DNA of 64,000 nucleotides from an uncultured Candidatus Saccharibacteria bacterium (GTDB lineage Bacteria; Patescibacteriota; Saccharimonadia; Saccharimonadales; Saccharimonadaceae): NCBI GenBank assembly GCA_964429055.1, contig CAYSAK010000003.1, positions 5,962 to 69,961 of the forward strand, read 5' to 3'. Shown piece by piece: positions 61,596 to 64,000 of this stretch (position 1 is its first letter; each line of letters starts with the position of its first letter). The notes under the pieces were generated by a model. It saw only the letters and a program-made list of their open reading frames with translations, ran no database searches and was not told where the DNA came from. The position numbers and the translations under genes were made by a program.

Positions 61596-62951
61596 ATGAG
61601 TCTTTTTAAGCGCAATAATCAGCCAGAAGCGATGCAAAATAATGGTGGCCTGCTTGCCGTCATGGCACTTGCTACGATTCACGACGGGGTGATTATCACT
61701 GATAAGAATGGTCAAATTCGGTTGATTAATCAAGCCGCTATCGTGATGACCGATTGTAAAAGTTCCGAGAACGCGATCGGTTTTGATTATGGTATTTTAG
61801 TGAAGATCGAATCTAAAGAAGGTCGCGAGTTTAATGAGGACGAAAATCCTTTGATTCGCGCGATGAAGACTGGTCAATCGATTGAAAATTTTGCTGCTTG
61901 TTTAGTTTCCGGTCCTTCTAAGAAACGTATTCCAGTGTCCGTGTCGGTGCTAGTTGAAGAGGGCGGTGATGCGAGCCGGATTATTACTTTGAGAAATATC
62001 ACTAAGGAATTAGCTGAAGAGAGTGAGCAGGCTGAATTTATTTCAACGGCTTCGCACGAAATGCGTACTCCAGTGGCTTCGATTGAGGGTTATCTTTCCC
62101 TTGCGCTTAATCCGCAAACGGCAACAATTGACGAGCGGGCCAGGGGGTATCTAGACGCGGCGCATGCTGCTTCGCAGCACCTTGGCAAATTATTCCGAGA
62201 CTTGCTTGATGCCACTAAGCTTGATGATGGGCATCTGCGTCCGCATTTTGAACCAGTTGAGATGGTTGGTTTGGTTAAACAAATTGCTGATACTTTTGCG
62301 ATGTCCGCCAAAAACGCCAAGCTCAATTTCCAGTTTGGCTCTAACAAATCTACTTCCGTAAGCGAAGTTCGCAAACTCGACCAAGTAGTCTACGGTTTTG
62401 TGGATACTGATTTCATGCGTGAAATCATGAGCAATTTGATTGAAAATGCTATTAAATACACGCCGGCGGGTGGCTCGATTTATGTCAACGTGCTTGGCGA
62501 TGGCGACCGAGTTTTGATTAATGTGACTGATACCGGCATCGGCATTTCTTCTGACGATATTCATCATATTTTCCAGAAATTTTACCGGGCGGATAATTCC
62601 GATACGCGTACGATTGGTGGCACCGGTCTCGGGCTTTATATTGTGAAGCAACGTGTGGAAGCTTTAGGTGGTAAAGTTTGGGCCGAATCGGCTTTTGGCG
62701 AAGGCTCGACTTTTTATGTTTCTTTGCCACGAATTACTGGCGACGAATATGAAAAACGCATGATTGCTTTTCGAAACGCTCAGGCTTTAGCACAAAATAA
62801 AGCCGCGCAAAGTGCGCCAGCTCCTGCTCCGGCACCTGCTGCGTCTGCGCCTGTCGCTCCTGTTCCGGCACCTGCGCCAGCTCCGGCCACGCCGGCACCT
62901 AACCCAGCATCAAATATTGTTAATAATCAAACTAATGGAGGAATAAAATGA
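61596..62951 (+). CDS. Cytoplasmic sensor histidine kinase (PAS-like + HisKA + HATPase_c) with Ala/Pro-rich tail
   Basis: 451 aa, no TM segment. H-box STASHEMRTPVASIEGY, N-box NLIENAIKYTP, G-boxes DTGIGI and GGTGLGLYIVK. Tail APAPAPAPAASAPVAPVPAPAPAPATPAPNP. Confidence 0.9.
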   Translation: MSLFKRNNQPEAMQNNGGLLAVMALATIHDGVIITDKNGQIRLINQAAIVMTDCKSSENAIGFDYGILVKIESKEGREFNEDENPLIRAMKTGQSIENFAACLVSGPSKKRIPVSVSVLVEEGGDASRIITLRNITKELAEESEQAEFISTASHEMRTPVASIEGYLSLALNPQTATIDERARGYLDAAHAASQHLGKLFRDLLDATKLDDGHLRPHFEPVEMVGLVKQIADTFAMSAKNAKLNFQFGSNKSTSVSEVRKLDQVVYGFVDTDFMREIMSNLIENAIKYTPAGGSIYVNVLGDGDRVLINVTDTGIGISSDDIHHIFQKFYRADNSDTRTIGGTGLGLYIVKQRVEALGGKVWAESAFGEGSTFYVSLPRITGDEYEKRMIAFRNAQALAQNKAAQSAPAPAPAPAASAPVAPVPAPAPAPATPAPNPASNIVNNQTNGGIK

Positions 62952-63592
62952 GTAAAGTAATGGTGGTAGAAGATGACGCTGCATTACGCGAAATTTACAG
63001 TATTCGGATTACTGCCGAAGGTTACGAAGTAGTGTCAGCCGGCGATGGTGAAGAAGCCCTGGCAATGGCAGTTCGTGAAAAGCCAGATTTAATTTTGTCC
63101 GATGTGATGATGCCGAAAATTTCCGGTTTTGATATGCTTGATATTTTGCGCGCTACACCAGAAACTGCCAACATTAAGGTAGTGATGATGACCGCCCTTT
63201 CCTCCGATGATCAACGTCAACGTGGTGAACGTCTCGGTGCCGATCGTTATTTAGTGAAATCTCAGGTAGGTATTGAAGATGTGGTGAACACCATTCATGA
63301 AGTGTTGGGTGATAGAGCAGCTCCGGTAGCAGTGGAACCAGCTCCAGCTCCTACTCCAGCACCGGCCCCGGTGGCAGTTCCTACTCCAACTCCTGCTCCG
63401 GTTCCTCCAGTCGCTCCGGCAGCACCTGTGGCTCCAACTCCAGTCGCTCCAGCAGCACCTGTGGCTCCAACTCCAGTTGCACCAGTGACGCCACCAGCTC
63501 CCGCAGTGCCAAATCCAGCTACCGTGGCGACACCACCGATTCAGCAGGTAAATTATGAACAACCAGCCGCTCCAGCCAATCCGGCTCAATAA
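62948..63592 (+). CDS. Single-domain response regulator (receiver only) with a ~90-aa Pro/Ala/Val-rich tail
   Basis: 214 aa. Receiver motifs VVEDD, DLILSDVMMPKISGFD, MTALS, YLVKS. There is no DNA-binding or enzymatic output, and the C-terminus is PAPxPAP-type low complexity. 4-nt overlap with the kinase gene. Confidence 0.88.
   Translation: MSKVMVVEDDAALREIYSIRITAEGYEVVSAGDGEEALAMAVREKPDLILSDVMMPKISGFDMLDILRATPETANIKVVMMTALSSDDQRQRGERLGADRYLVKSQVGIEDVVNTIHEVLGDRAAPVAVEPAPAPTPAPAPVAVPTPTPAPVPPVAPAAPVAPTPVAPAAPVAPTPVAPVTPPAPAVPNPATVATPPIQQVNYEQPAAPANPAQ
63410..63475 (+). repeat. Near-perfect 33-nt tandem duplication inside the response-regulator tail
   Basis: gtcgctcc[g/a]gcagcacctgtggctccaactcca occurs twice (VAPAAPVAPTP x2). 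Confidence 0.85.
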
Positions 63593-64000
63593 ATTTTTAG
63601 CTGAACGCTTAGGGGTTTCGCGTCGCGAGGCCGATGATTTGATCGCTTCTGGTAAAGTTTTGGTGAATGATAAAAAGGCCGTATTAGGGGCTCGAATTGA
63701 CAAAAATGATAAAGTGTGCTATAATAATATGATAGTGCCGTTTGACACGGAATTCTTGTATTTAGCGTTCAATAAACCAGTTGGTTATGTTTGTTCGCGT
63801 CGCGCACAAGGTGATGCTCCGACAATTTATGAATTAATCCCTGAAGAATATCAGAAATTAAAAACCGTTGGTCGTTTAGATAAAGACAGTTCTGGTTTAA
63901 TTTTATTAACCAATGACGGTGATTTTGCTTTTTCTATGACGCATCCGAAATTCCACAAAGAAAAAGTCTATGAAGTGGAGCTAGACCGTCCGCTCGAACC
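63555..64000 (+). CDS. Pseudouridine synthase, RsuA/RluB family (5' partial in window; continues beyond 64000)
   Basis: ATG at 63555. MNNQPLQPIRLNKFLAERLGVSRREADDLIASGKVLVND (S4 domain) and catalytic GRLDKDSSGLILLTNDG. Overlaps the response-regulator 3' end by 38 nt. Not in the ORF track because it is truncated by the window end. Confidence 0.85.
   Translation, partial: MNNQPLQPIRLNKFLAERLGVSRREADDLIASGKVLVNDKKAVLGARIDKNDKVCYNNMIVPFDTEFLYLAFNKPVGYVCSRRAQGDAPTIYELIPEEYQKLKTVGRLDKDSSGLILLTNDGDFAFSMTHPKFHKEKVYEVELDRPLE

Noticed and set aside
63251-63703. 150-aa minus-strand ORF rich in W/C/R/S
   Set aside because: It is antisense to the GC-rich Pro/Ala repeat tail of the response regulator and to the start of the pseudouridine synthase gene. 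It is a typical shadow ORF with low-complexity composition.

Overview
A 64-kb window from a reduced, moderately AT-rich genome. Gene content points to a Saccharibacteria (TM7)/CPR-type epibiont, but this is inference only. The supporting signs are Firmicute-like synteny remnants, a pentose-phosphate/phosphoketolase/lower-glycolysis core, xPxTG sorting signals, CPR-type VirB2-like pilin modules, and many surface proteins and cell-wall hydrolases. About 60 CDSs are called, mostly on the minus strand. They include housekeeping genes (uvrB, uvrC, recG, lysS, proS, greA, rpsB-tsf, frr-uppS-rseP, rpsL-rpsG, tig, eno, gap, rpiB, rpe, trmD, rsmD, obg, secG, rpmE), two tRNA-Leu genes and a two-component pair. 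There are no rRNA genes, CRISPR arrays, integrases or transposases. The items most worth a second look are these. (1) A family of four GC-rich 114-117-nt palindromic elements. Three sit in frame inside essential genes (trmD, uvrC, obg) and one lies between convergent genes. Their outer arms differ in sequence but always pair, an inner stem shows compensatory changes, and the shared core is read in different frames and on different strands. (2) A tRNA-Leu-adjacent island (44.6-50.4 kb) holds two paralogous modules. Each has a single-pass membrane protein followed by a protein with a conserved VirB2/TrbC-like two-helix N-module, a Pro-rich repeat linker and a different papain-fold hydrolase C-terminus, an architecture typical of polymorphic effectors. 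(3) A 2114-aa surface protein carries an apparently extracellular tyrosine-phosphatase domain. (4) Further items: a split, translationally coupled phosphoketolase; a RuvX-MltG fusion; a chimeric alpha-CTD/sigma-region-4 protein; pervasive leaderless TGnTATAAT-N6-7-ATG promoters; and a candidate sRNA upstream of trmD. All calls come from reading the sequence and the ORF translations. No database searches were run.
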